A program made the position numbers and the translations under genes. From Thermodesulfobacteriota bacterium (GTDB taxonomy: Bacteria; Desulfobacterota; Desulfarculia; JACQYL01): DNA of 64,000 nt. Shown here piece after piece: positions 50,360 to 60,754 of the stretch (position 1 is its first letter; every line of letters begins with the position of its first letter). The notes beneath the pieces were generated by a model. It worked only from the letters and a program-made list of their open reading frames with translations, did no database searches and was not told where the DNA came from. The stretch lies in assembly GCA_963675595.2 (NCBI GenBank), contig CAXXLZ010000001.1, positions 64,001 through 128,000 on the forward strand, in the 5' to 3' direction.

Positions 50360-51286
50360 ATGGATAAACTGAAAATCGCCACGCGGGGCAGTCCGCTGGC
50401 GCTGTGGCAGGCGGAGCATATTCGGACGCGGCTGCGGGAGCGACTGCCCGATCTGGACGTGGAGCTGGTCCTCTACAAGACCAAGGGCGACAAGATTTTG
50501 GACACGGCCCTGGCTCAGGTGGGAGGCAAAGGACTCTTCGTCAAGGAACTGGAAGACGCCCTGCTCCGGGGCGACGCCGACCTGGCGGTGCACAGCATGA
50601 AGGACGTGCCCGTAGACCTTCCCGACGGGTTGACCTTGGGGGCGTTTTCGGAACGGGAGGACCCCAGGGACGCCCTGGTATCTTCCTATGCTCGGAGCCT
50701 GGGGGAACTGCGACAGGGCGCCCGGGTGGGAACCAGTTCGTTGCGGCGGCGTGCCCAGGTGTTGGAGAAGCGCCCGGACCTGGAGGTCATCACCCTGCGG
50801 GGAAATGTGGGCACCCGTGTCGATCGGATGGAAGTCCTGTACCTGGACGCCGTGATACTGGCCTCGGCGGGGCTCAAACGCCTGGGAATGGGCCACCGCA
50901 TCGCCTGTTTCTTTTCCGAAGACGAAATGCTGCCGGCCATCGGGCAGGGCGTGCTGGGGATCGAGATGCGGGAAGGGGACCGGGAAGTTCGAGACCTTAT
51001 TTCTTTTCTCAACCATCGGGAAACCGAGGTGACACTGCGGGCCGAGAGGGCCTTTCTTCGAAGGTTGGAGGGCGGTTGCCAGGTACCCATCGGTGCGAGG
51101 GCGGTGCTGGACGGCGGAACGGTACGCCTCACCGGAATGGTGGGCGATCTGAACGGGGACCCGGTGATCCGCGAGACGGACGCCCGACCCCCGGAGCAGG
51201 CCGAAGAACTGGGTGAAACCCTGGCCGACCGCATTCTGGAGCGGGGAGGGCGGGAAATCCTCGATCGATTGTATTCCCAAGGGTGA
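50360..51286 (+). CDS. hemC: Hydroxymethylbilane synthase
   Basis: IATRGSPLALWQA, GGKGLFVKELE, VHSMKDVP, GTSSLRR, LEGGCQVPIG. Confidence 0.97.
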   Translation: MDKLKIATRGSPLALWQAEHIRTRLRERLPDLDVELVLYKTKGDKILDTALAQVGGKGLFVKELEDALLRGDADLAVHSMKDVPVDLPDGLTLGAFSEREDPRDALVSSYARSLGELRQGARVGTSSLRRRAQVLEKRPDLEVITLRGNVGTRVDRMEVLYLDAVILASAGLKRLGMGHRIACFFSEDEMLPAIGQGVLGIEMREGDREVRDLISFLNHRETEVTLRAERAFLRRLEGGCQVPIGARAVLDGGTVRLTGMVGDLNGDPVIRETDARPPEQAEELGETLADRILERGGREILDRLYSQG

Positions 51287-51367
51287 CGGGTCGGAGCGCC
51301 GCGCGAGCCTTCAAAAGAAGGGAATCGAGGATTCCGCCCGTTAACGGACTCGTCGGAGCCTTGCAGA

Positions 51368-51518
51368 CAGGCCGTTGAAAAACGCGACCTGCGGCGTTGC
51401 GCTTCATCCCTCGTCACTGCGGCGTACTTCTATGTACGCCTCATTCCTCGGGATTTGCGCGCCTTGCATGGCATCGTTTTTCACCAACCTGTGGCAACCG
51501 GCTTTTTTCAACGGGCTG
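51368..51518 (+). mobile_element. ~150-bp MITE-like repeat, copy 3 (best terminal IR)
   Basis: Terminal inverted repeat CAGGCCGTTGAAAAA...TTTTTCAACGGGCTG. Confidence 0.8.
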
Positions 51519-51772
51519 GTAAGCATTCTCCCCGCCCGCCAACCTGCCCACGGAGGAATCCCGTTCTCGGTTGCGACGCGTAAAGCCGGCAACACGCTCA
51601 AAAAGTTTTGGAAGCAACTGTGTTCTTTGTCAACTGAGTTGTTTGTCACTGATTCCTATGAAGCTGTAACACGGCGCTTGCTAGGCGCGGCACGCGTGGG
51701 GCTGCCGCGCGCAAGCACCGCGCCACAGCAGACCACGGCAGCATCGGTTAACCGATGTGATACATAAACCGG

Positions 51773-52937
<1,165 letters not shown>

Positions 52938-53059
52938 TAAATATACAAGGGGTCCGGGAAACCCTTTTTCAAAAGGTTTCTCCGGATATCCCGTGTATCC
53001 TCACCATATTCTTTCACCGCGGCGTAGCTTGCGTGCGCCGCGTTACTGGGATGGAGTCG

Positions 53060-54586
53060 ATGAACCAGGGAAAAGTTTTTCTCGTGGGCGCCGGACCCGG
53101 AGACCCGGAGCTGATCACCCTGAAAGCGGCGAGGCGGCTTCGGCAGGCGGACGTGGTGGTCTACGACTACCTGGCCAATCCGCGCATCATGGAACATGCG
53201 CCTCCTTCGGCGGAGCGGATTTACGTGGGCAAGCAGGCCGGTGATCACACCATGGTGCAGGAAGACATCAATGCGCTTCTGGTGCGCCTGGCGGAAGAAG
53301 GGAAGACGGTGGTGCGCCTGAAAGGCGGCGACCCCTATGTGTTCGGCAGGGGAGGAGAGGAGGCCGCGGCTCTTCACGCCAAAGGGCTTTCCTTCGAAGT
53401 GGTGCCCGGCATCACTTCCGCCATCGCGGCCCCGGCTTTCGCCGGAATTCCGGTGACGGACCGTCGACTCGCATCGAGCGTGGCCTTCATCACGGGACAC
53501 GAGGACCCCGGCAAGTCCGAATCCAGCATGCATTGGGACGCCCTGGCCCAAGGGGTGGATACCCTGGTGTTTCTCATGGGCATGAAGAACCTGCCGGACA
53601 TCGCCCGACGACTGGTGGAGGAGGGCCGTTCTCCGCAAACACCGGCCGCCGTGGTGCATCGCGGCGCGTCGCCGCAGCAGAAGACCGTGGTGGGCACCCT
53701 GAGCGACATCGTGGAGAAGAGCCGCGAAGCGGGCATGAAGGCCCCGAGCGTGGTGGTGGTGGGAGACGTGGTTTCCCTGCGGGACCGATTGGAATGGTAC
53801 GAGTCCCGTCCGTTGTTCGGCAAAACCATCGTGGTTACCCGCGCCCGAGCCCAGGCGAGTGTGTTCCTGGAACAGCTCGAAGAACTGGGCGCCCGGTGCA
53901 TCTCCTTTCCCACCATCGAAACCCGGCCGCCGTCCTCGTGGGACGAAGCGGATCAGGCGATCCGGTCCATTTCCCAATATGACTGGGTCTTGTTCACCAG
54001 TACCAACGGCGCGGACTATTTCCTGGACAGGCTGAAAGTGTTGGGGGAGGACGTACGCGCCCTGAAAGGCATTTCTCTGGGCGCCATCGGTCCGGCCACG
54101 GCGGAGGCGCTGGAGGCGAGGGGCCTGCGCGTGGATTTCGTCCCCTCCGAATATCGGGCCGAAGGCATCATCGACGAGTTGTCTCCCAAGTTGACTCCCG
54201 GCACCCGCATCCTCATTCCCAGAGCGCTTAAGGCCAGAGAAGTGCTGCCGGAAAAGCTCGCCGAGGCCGGTGCGTCGGTTCACGTGGTGCCCGCCTATGA
54301 AACGGTGCTTCCCTCGGAACGCGCAGGTGAGGTCGAGGCCCTGTTCGAGGCTCGTGAAATCGACATGGTGACGTTCACCTCGTCCAGCACGGTGACCAAC
54401 TTCCTGCAGATGTTCGAGGGCGACCGGGGCGCGGAACTCCTGAGCGGCGTGGTCGTGGCCTGTATCGGGCCGGTGACCGCGGAAACCGCGAAAAAGCACG
54501 GCATTTCCACCGGCGTTCAGCCGGATGAATACACCATCGACGCCCTGACGGCGTCCATTGCGGCATTCTATTCGAAACCTTCTTGA
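53060..54586 (+). CDS. cobA: Uroporphyrinogen-III C-methyltransferase / uroporphyrinogen-III synthase fusion
   Basis: LVGAGPGDPELIT, RLKGGDPYVFGRGGEE and VPGITSA, then a HemD domain (VVTRA, FTSTNG, FTSSSTV, IGPVTA). Confidence 0.95.
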   Translation: MNQGKVFLVGAGPGDPELITLKAARRLRQADVVVYDYLANPRIMEHAPPSAERIYVGKQAGDHTMVQEDINALLVRLAEEGKTVVRLKGGDPYVFGRGGEEAAALHAKGLSFEVVPGITSAIAAPAFAGIPVTDRRLASSVAFITGHEDPGKSESSMHWDALAQGVDTLVFLMGMKNLPDIARRLVEEGRSPQTPAAVVHRGASPQQKTVVGTLSDIVEKSREAGMKAPSVVVVGDVVSLRDRLEWYESRPLFGKTIVVTRARAQASVFLEQLEELGARCISFPTIETRPPSSWDEADQAIRSISQYDWVLFTSTNGADYFLDRLKVLGEDVRALKGISLGAIGPATAEALEARGLRVDFVPSEYRAEGIIDELSPKLTPGTRILIPRALKAREVLPEKLAEAGASVHVVPAYETVLPSERAGEVEALFEAREIDMVTFTSSSTVTNFLQMFEGDRGAELLSGVVVACIGPVTAETAKKHGISTGVQPDEYTIDALTASIAAFYSKPS

Positions 54587-54598
54587 TTTCAGAAACCT

Positions 54599-55873
54599 AT
54601 GGAATCCTACGACGCACTTTTGAATTGGGCATACGATCTGCAGAAGTTCGGTATCAAGCTCGGATTGTCGAGCACGGAAAATCTTCTCCGACAATTGGGC
54701 GACCCCCATGTGGGGCTTCCTTCCATTCACGTGGGCGGCACCAACGGCAAAGGGTCCGTATCGGCCATGGTGCAGGCCGTACTGGACGAAGCCGGCTACC
54801 GGGTCGGGTTCTATTCCTCGCCCCACCTGGTGGATTTTGAAGAACGTTTTCGCATCGGAGCGGTGAACTGCTCCAAGGAACGGGTCAGAGACCTCATGGC
54901 CCGGGTCAAGGCCGTGTGTCACCCCAAGGAACCGCCCACCTTTTTCGAATTCACCACAGCCATGGCCTTCCTCTATTTCCGGGAGGAAAACACGGACCTG
55001 GCCATCATGGAAGTGGGTCTCGGCGGGCGTTTGGACTCCACCAACGTGGTGAATCCCTTGGTCACGGTCATCACGAACATTTCCCTCGAACACCAGGAAT
55101 ACCTGGGCGACACCTTGGAGGCCATTGCCTACGAAAAAGCGGGCATCATCAAAAGGGGCGTTCCCGTGGTATCCGCCGCGGTGCAACCGGAGGTGATCCG
55201 GCTGTTCGAACAAACCTGTTCGCGGGTGGGGACCAAACTGCATCTGTTGGGCCGGGACTTCTCCATTTCCCCCAATGGAGCCGGCTTCGGGTTCCACGGT
55301 TTCGGACTTTCCATGGACGGCCTGGTTCCCGCACTGGCCGGACCCGTCCAGCAGAAGAACACGGCTTTGGCCGTGTCCGTGCTCCAACTGCTCAAGTCCT
55401 ACGGGTTCCAGGTGGATGAGTCCGAGATGCGATTGGGCCTGGGCAAGGTTCAGTGGCCCGGAAGGTTTCAGCGAATCGCCTCCGACCCCACCGTGGTGGT
55501 GGACGGGGCTCATAACGTGGGGGCCCTCGAGGCGCTGCGCGACACCCTTGCCGCCGAATTTTCCAACGTGCCTGTGATTCTCGTGTTGGGCATCATGCAC
55601 GACAAGGACATTGCCGCCATGATCCGGACCATCGCGCCTTCGGCTCATGAGATCATCTGCACCCGACCCGCGTATTCCCGCGCGGCGGAACCCGAAGTAC
55701 TCGCCGAACACGCCGGCAAAGTCCATTCTCGCGTGTCCCTGGTACACGACCTGAAATCCGCCGTGGAAACCGCCAAACGCCGGGCCGCGGACACCGGAGG
55801 CGTGGCCGTGGTGGCCGGCTCCCTGTTCACCGTTGGAGAAACCCTGGCCCTGCATCGGGAAGGGAAACTGTAA
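54599..55873 (+). CDS. folC: Folylpolyglutamate/dihydrofolate synthase
   Basis: HVGGTNGKGS, SSPHL, EVGLGGRLDSTN, WPGR, DGAHN, GSLFTVGE. Confidence 0.96.
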   Translation: MESYDALLNWAYDLQKFGIKLGLSSTENLLRQLGDPHVGLPSIHVGGTNGKGSVSAMVQAVLDEAGYRVGFYSSPHLVDFEERFRIGAVNCSKERVRDLMARVKAVCHPKEPPTFFEFTTAMAFLYFREENTDLAIMEVGLGGRLDSTNVVNPLVTVITNISLEHQEYLGDTLEAIAYEKAGIIKRGVPVVSAAVQPEVIRLFEQTCSRVGTKLHLLGRDFSISPNGAGFGFHGFGLSMDGLVPALAGPVQQKNTALAVSVLQLLKSYGFQVDESEMRLGLGKVQWPGRFQRIASDPTVVVDGAHNVGALEALRDTLAAEFSNVPVILVLGIMHDKDIAAMIRTIAPSAHEIICTRPAYSRAAEPEVLAEHAGKVHSRVSLVHDLKSAVETAKRRAADTGGVAVVAGSLFTVGETLALHREGKL

Positions 55874-55890
55874 GTTCCGCAGTTAAGGAG

Positions 55891-55940
55891 TATCCGGAGA
55901 AACCTTTTGAGAAAGGTTCCCGGGACCCCTTGTAAAACTT
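55891..55940 (+). repeat. Intact REP-like hairpin copy
   Basis: TATCCGGAGAAACCTTTTGAGAAAGGTTCCCGGGACCCCTTGTAAAACTT is near-identical to the reconstructed IS110 target. Confidence 0.8.
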
Positions 55941-56052
55941 GTCGAACGGGCTGCTCGCTTCCGCTTCGCAACCGGTTTCGGATCACGGGACATTTCGTCC
56001 GATCTTTCAACCCTCCCGTGGAATCTCTCCCAATTCGAGCCACTGCATCCCT

Positions 56053-56165
56053 GTAGGGGCGGACCACCGTGTCCGCCCTGAAAGTCTGTATGCATGTCTT
56101 CACCAGAAGACCCTATCGCAGCAACTCCACTAACGCACCTGGGAACGCCGAGCCCCAGCTCGGCA
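56053..56165 (+). repeat. Two other REP-type palindromes
   Basis: GTAG-GGGCGGAC-CACCGT-GTCCGCCC (56053-56078) and GCCGAGC-CCCA-GCTCGGC (56147-56164). Confidence 0.5.
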
Positions 56166-57135
56166 CCCACACCTCACACTGCCGGGCTGAAACAAGGAGA
56201 TATGGACTACTTGACTCCAACTCCGCTTGAGCAGAGTAGGTGCTTCCAAGTCAACAGCCAGCCTTTCCCATGAAATCGCCCCCAAAAATGACGGGAATTA
56301 CCAATTGACGGTACCCACCTTTTTGAACATAAGATGAAAATGAGGGATTGCCCTCTTTCCTCGAAAAATCGACCCGACACCGTCAGCTCGCCGCAAGCCG
56401 GAGGCGCTGCCCCCAGGTGACCTCAAACGCCAACCTGCTTTCGCCCTCTTGCGGAGAATGAAGGAGTCATCGATTTACGTAGACGGCAGGAATCGAAAGG
56501 AGTCCGATGGGGCCTGCTTTCGTACGGAAGAAAGGTTGGACAGGGAAGAAGTACGGCTATCGCAGGCAAGGTGAAACCTGCGTGTCGTACCGATCTGTAT
56601 CGGATATTGTGTTTCCGTCTGCTTCTGAAATATTGACCACTCAGACCAAGCCGTTGTTCGCCTCGGCTCCAACCGATCTCTTTCGTCTGGTTCCTATGCA
56701 GTTGATGCCCACAGAAATTATTTAGGGATTCATTTTGTATAGTTGCCTGAAGTGTGTCTCAAGCCTAAAGCATGTATTGTTGAGTTGCGAAAATGCACTA
56801 AATGGGCTTGAAAAATGAGTGGCTTACGTCGATGAGCATTCGTGAAATGGAAAGTGTATCAAAATATGTAACAAATTATATTTATTATCATATATGAATA
56901 ATTTCATGCGATCTACTGAATTTAATTCCGCCTTCTGCATAGAAATATGTCAAACAAAGCTTTTATAGAACAATAATGAGCATGCACCATACAAAAATCA
57001 CTGTGAGACTTCAATTATAACTAAGGATCAAGCCATGGATAAGATTGTCGAAAGCTTCATTGAAGATTTCAAAAATGATTTTGGCTTTGGTGAACTCAAT
57101 AAAAGCAAGCTATTTGAACATTTTATAAATTATAG

Positions 57136-58685
57136 CTAGAGTTTAGAGTCTGGCGACCCTTGGTATAGGAAAAATGCGAATAAAGACAACAAAGTACTTG
57201 ACATTGCCGCGCGGATGCGCGGCCGCCTTTGGCGGCCCTTTAAGGAAAGAAACCTTTCCTTGGGGGTCAACCAATGGATTCGACGGCTCAAGCACTTATG
57301 CTCCTATCGCAGTGGATTTCCTTTCTATTTCAGGCCGTTCCGTGCAGAATAGCTCCGACTCTTCTGGAACTCCTGATGGGATGTATGGTCTGCCGCGGCG
57401 GCCATATTTCTTCCGCGCTTCTGGCCGTTCGGCCCCAGTTGTCCTGGACCGCCTATTACAAGGCCATCGAAAAGGGCCGATTCCAATGGCTTGCGCTAGC
57501 CCGGCAATGGATGCGCCTGATCCTGAAACGGATTCCAAACCGATCCATCGAGTTCGCCATAGACGACTTCCCTTTGCCCAGATCGTCCAAGAAAGCTCCC
57601 TGCGCCGGTTGGCATTACGATCACGCGCACCGGCCCAACCGCCCCAAATTCCTGTGGGGACAGCTTCGGGTTTCTCTGGCTGTCATCTGCCGCCACAAGG
57701 GCCGGGTAGCCGCGTTTCCCCTCTTGTTTCGGCTCATCCGCAAAAAAGGGAACACCACCAAACTGGACGCGGCGCGGCTCTTGATGTCCGTTCTCATGAC
57801 TTGGCTGCCGGATCGCTTTCTCATTATTCTGCTGCTCGATGCCTGGTATATGAAAAGCTCCCTGGTGGTTCCCCTGATTCGCGATGGTGTGACGGTCATC
57901 GGCCAAGTCCGCAAAGATACCGCCCTGTTTTTGCCTCCGGACAATCCGCCTCGGAAGAAACGGGGCAGACCCAGAAAGTATGGGGAAAAACTCACGTTGG
58001 AAAACATCGGACGATTCTGTCGTCCGGTGGAGAAAACCCTCTTTGCCTACGGCTCGGAACGAGTTTTCCAGTTCTACCAAACCAAAGCCAAAGTCCGCTT
58101 CCTGGACGGCCGGTTGTGCAAGATCGTGTGGTGCCGGTTTATGTCCGACAACCCCTCTTGGTCCGATTGGCATCTTCTGATCAGTACCGATCCCGACATG
58201 GACGGCGCGGAAGTGATTACACGCTATGCACGACGATGGTGGACCGAGCCCATGTTCAACGAGATCAAGCACCTGTTCGGACTGAAAAATGCTTGGCAGC
58301 AGACACGGCAGACATTGGCTCGATGGAGCATGATCTTGTGCCTGGCCTACGGCTTGCCACGGCTCTTGGCGCTCTGCCTGGGTCCCAACGCGGCCTATAC
58401 GATGTTTCCAATCCCTTGGAGAAAGAACAGGCCCGCCACCGCCGGCGGGATGGCCGCAGCCATCGGTCGTCTTTTCGGCAACTTAAACGTGCGAGCCATG
58501 TGGAACCGGAAATCCAAAAAATTCCAACCGGAATTCACCGATTCTCCGGAAGACTTGGGGCGCGCTGCCTGATATCCGTGTTCAGTCAATCATCTCAAAG
58601 CCTTACGTCAACGGTATTCAACCCGTCTTGGAGAACTATGCTCTTCTATACAAACTTGGCTGCCCCGCATGGCTCTAAACTCTAG
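57136..58685 (+). mobile_element. IS701/IS4-superfamily insertion sequence (1550 bp)
   Basis: Terminal IR CTAGAGTTTAGAG/CTCTAAACTCTAG; 10-bp TSD TAAATTATAG at 57126-57135 and 58686-58695. Confidence 0.92.
57274..58572 (+). CDS. DDE transposase (IS701-like / IS4 superfamily)
   Basis: AIDD, LLDAWY, KRGRPRKYG and YARRWWTEPMFNEIK (YREK-like). Confidence 0.9.
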   Translation: MDSTAQALMLLSQWISFLFQAVPCRIAPTLLELLMGCMVCRGGHISSALLAVRPQLSWTAYYKAIEKGRFQWLALARQWMRLILKRIPNRSIEFAIDDFPLPRSSKKAPCAGWHYDHAHRPNRPKFLWGQLRVSLAVICRHKGRVAAFPLLFRLIRKKGNTTKLDAARLLMSVLMTWLPDRFLIILLLDAWYMKSSLVVPLIRDGVTVIGQVRKDTALFLPPDNPPRKKRGRPRKYGEKLTLENIGRFCRPVEKTLFAYGSERVFQFYQTKAKVRFLDGRLCKIVWCRFMSDNPSWSDWHLLISTDPDMDGAEVITRYARRWWTEPMFNEIKHLFGLKNAWQQTRQTLARWSMILCLAYGLPRLLALCLGPNAAYTMFPIPWRKNRPATAGGMAAAIGRLFGNLNVRAMWNRKSKKFQPEFTDSPEDLGRAA

Positions 58686-59270
58686 TAAATTATAGCTTAA
58701 TTTCAAAAATTGAAAAAGATAGATCAATTATAGAGACTATTAATGTTGGTGGTAGTAACAATCCAGGAATAGATGGTTTAGCAATAATAGTTAATGACCA
58801 TTTAGTTAATTCGCAAGAAGAAGTTGAATATTTCTACGATATTTTGGATAGGCTTGACGTTGAATTTATTTTTATACAATCAAAAACTTCAGACAAATTT
58901 GAAATGTCTGAAATCAATAATTTCATTTTCTCAGTTAAAAATTTCTTTTCTGAAGCTACGTTAAAATTTGAAGATCAAGTACTAAATTTAAGAGATTTGA
59001 AAGAGTTCATATATAAAAAGAGTATAAAGATGGATAAAAGCCCATCACTTAAACTATACTATGCTGCGTGTGGTACTTGGAAAAACGATCAAAATATTAC
59101 TTCATTAATCGAATCAGGAGAGAAAGAGCTAAAGGATACAGGATTATTCAACTCAGTTTCGATTTCTATTATCGACACAGAAAGAATTAAGAAACTATAC
59201 CCCTCTGTGCCAATGAGAGTGAGACACCTACCCGTTGATAAATTAGTGTAGGGCGGGTAGGAGATGGAGC

Positions 59271-59762
59271 ATGATGAGGCACAGAGAGAAAGAGAATCCG
59301 GATGAGGGAATCGTGGTAACGGAGGGAGTCCGTAGGACGACCGGAGTTACCACGATCGGGAAGCACGTCACGGTCCCCGACCCGGAGGTTCCAGAGAAGA
59401 AGCCTCGTCGCAGATTTACAGCCCGGTACAAGCTGAGAATCCTGGAGGAAGCCGATGCGTGTACTGAACCGGGCCGGCTCGGGGCTCTACTTCGGCGAGA
59501 AGGCCTGTATTCTTCGAGTCTGGCGACATGGCGTAGACAACGTGACCAGGGGCAGTTGAGGGCGCTTGGGCCAAAGAAGCGAGGCCGGAAGCCCAAGCAG
59601 AAGAACCCTATGGCAGAGCGGGTGGCCCGGCTTGAAAGGGAGAACCGCCGTCTCGAGAATCAACTGAAACAGGCGCGAACCATCATCGAAGTTCAAAAAA
59701 AAATCTCGGAGATACTGGGGATCGCTCAGCCGGACCTGGACGACGACGGGAGCAGTTCATGA
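59271..59762 (+). CDS. IS3 transposase OrfA
   Basis: RRRFTARYKLRIL, LLRREGLYSS and a coiled coil; A9 slippery run near 59695-59703. Confidence 0.9.
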   Translation: MMRHREKENPDEGIVVTEGVRRTTGVTTIGKHVTVPDPEVPEKKPRRRFTARYKLRILEEADACTEPGRLGALLRREGLYSSSLATWRRQRDQGQLRALGPKKRGRKPKQKNPMAERVARLERENRRLENQLKQARTIIEVQKKISEILGIAQPDLDDDGSSS

Positions 59763-60754
59763 GCGCGGCGATGGAGCTGCGCACCGAGGTGGGAACCGTG
59801 CAGGCATGTGGAGCCATGGGCCTGCCCCGTGCGAGTTTCTATCGCCGCCTGAAGCCGGCGGCGGCCCGCACACCTCGGCCGGCGCCTCCCTTGGCTCTGA
59901 ACCCCCAGGAGCGGGAAACCGTGGTCGATCTGCTTAACAGCTCCCGTTTTCAGGATGATGCTCCCCGTCAGGTCTTTGCCGTCTTGCTCGATGAAGGACA
60001 GTACTACTGCTCTATCCGGACCATGTACCGGATTCTCAAAGCGGAATCCGGTGATGTCAAAGAGCGAAGAAAGCAGGCGCGGCGGCCTGTCTATAAAAAG
60101 CCCGAGTTGCTTGCGACCGGACCCAACAAAGTGTGGTCCTGGGATATTACGAAGCTAAAAGGGCCTGTGAAGTGGACCTATTTCCATCTTTACGTGATCA
60201 TGGACATCTTCAGCCGCTACGTGGTCGGCTGGATGGTGGCCCATCGGGAAAGCGCCGCTTTGGCCAGGCAACTCATCGAAGAGACGTGCTTCAAGCAGGA
60301 TATCAAGTCCGGCCAACTCATCATCCATGCGGATCGAGGCCCGGCGATGAAAGCGAAGTCCGTAGCCGAGTTCATGGGAGACCTTGGAGTGACCAAGACC
60401 CACAGCCGACCCTATGTCAGCAATGATAACCCCTACTCGGAGGCGCAGTTTAAAACCCTCAAGTATTGCCCGAAATTCCCGAAACGGTTTGGATCAATCC
60501 AGGATGCCCGGTCTTTCTGCCGGGAGTTCTTCTCCTGGTACAACCCCGAGCATCGGCATTCAGGCATCGGGTTGGTCACACCCGAACAGCTCCATTACGG
60601 ACTCGCCCAGGACATTGTAGCGTGTCGCAGCCAAGTTCTTCGGGCTGCCTTCCGGAGCAACCCCAACCGTTTCAAAGGAAAGGTGCCACAGCCGCCAAAA
60701 TTGCCCAAGGCCGCGTGGATCAACAAACCGTCGAGCGATGACGTGAGAGTCTAA
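59759..60754 (+). CDS. IS3 transposase OrfB (integrase core)
   Basis: WSWDITKL, DIFSRYVVGW, HADRG and NPYSEAQF motifs. The -1 frame is open back to the slippery site. Confidence 0.92.
   Translation: MSAAMELRTEVGTVQACGAMGLPRASFYRRLKPAAARTPRPAPPLALNPQERETVVDLLNSSRFQDDAPRQVFAVLLDEGQYYCSIRTMYRILKAESGDVKERRKQARRPVYKKPELLATGPNKVWSWDITKLKGPVKWTYFHLYVIMDIFSRYVVGWMVAHRESAALARQLIEETCFKQDIKSGQLIIHADRGPAMKAKSVAEFMGDLGVTKTHSRPYVSNDNPYSEAQFKTLKYCPKFPKRFGSIQDARSFCREFFSWYNPEHRHSGIGLVTPEQLHYGLAQDIVACRSQVLRAAFRSNPNRFKGKVPQPPKLPKAAWINKPSSDDVRV

Noticed and set aside
51662-51753. Integron attC site in the IS110 right end (TAAC...GTTA flanking a hairpin)
   Set aside because: The R''/R' boxes fit the consensus poorly, the outer arms pair badly, and there is no integrase or cassette array. 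Kept only as an unexplained hairpin.
51375-51767. 130-aa ORF between hemC and the IS110 transposase
   Set aside because: It is composed of MITE sequence plus the IS110 right end, so it is spurious.
56458-56725. Small ORFs at the island edge
   Set aside because: They are short, have no motifs and overlap alternative frames; unsupported.
57174-58685. 503-aa alternative-frame ORF spanning the IS
   Set aside because: It overlaps the DDE transposase frame and has no motifs of its own.
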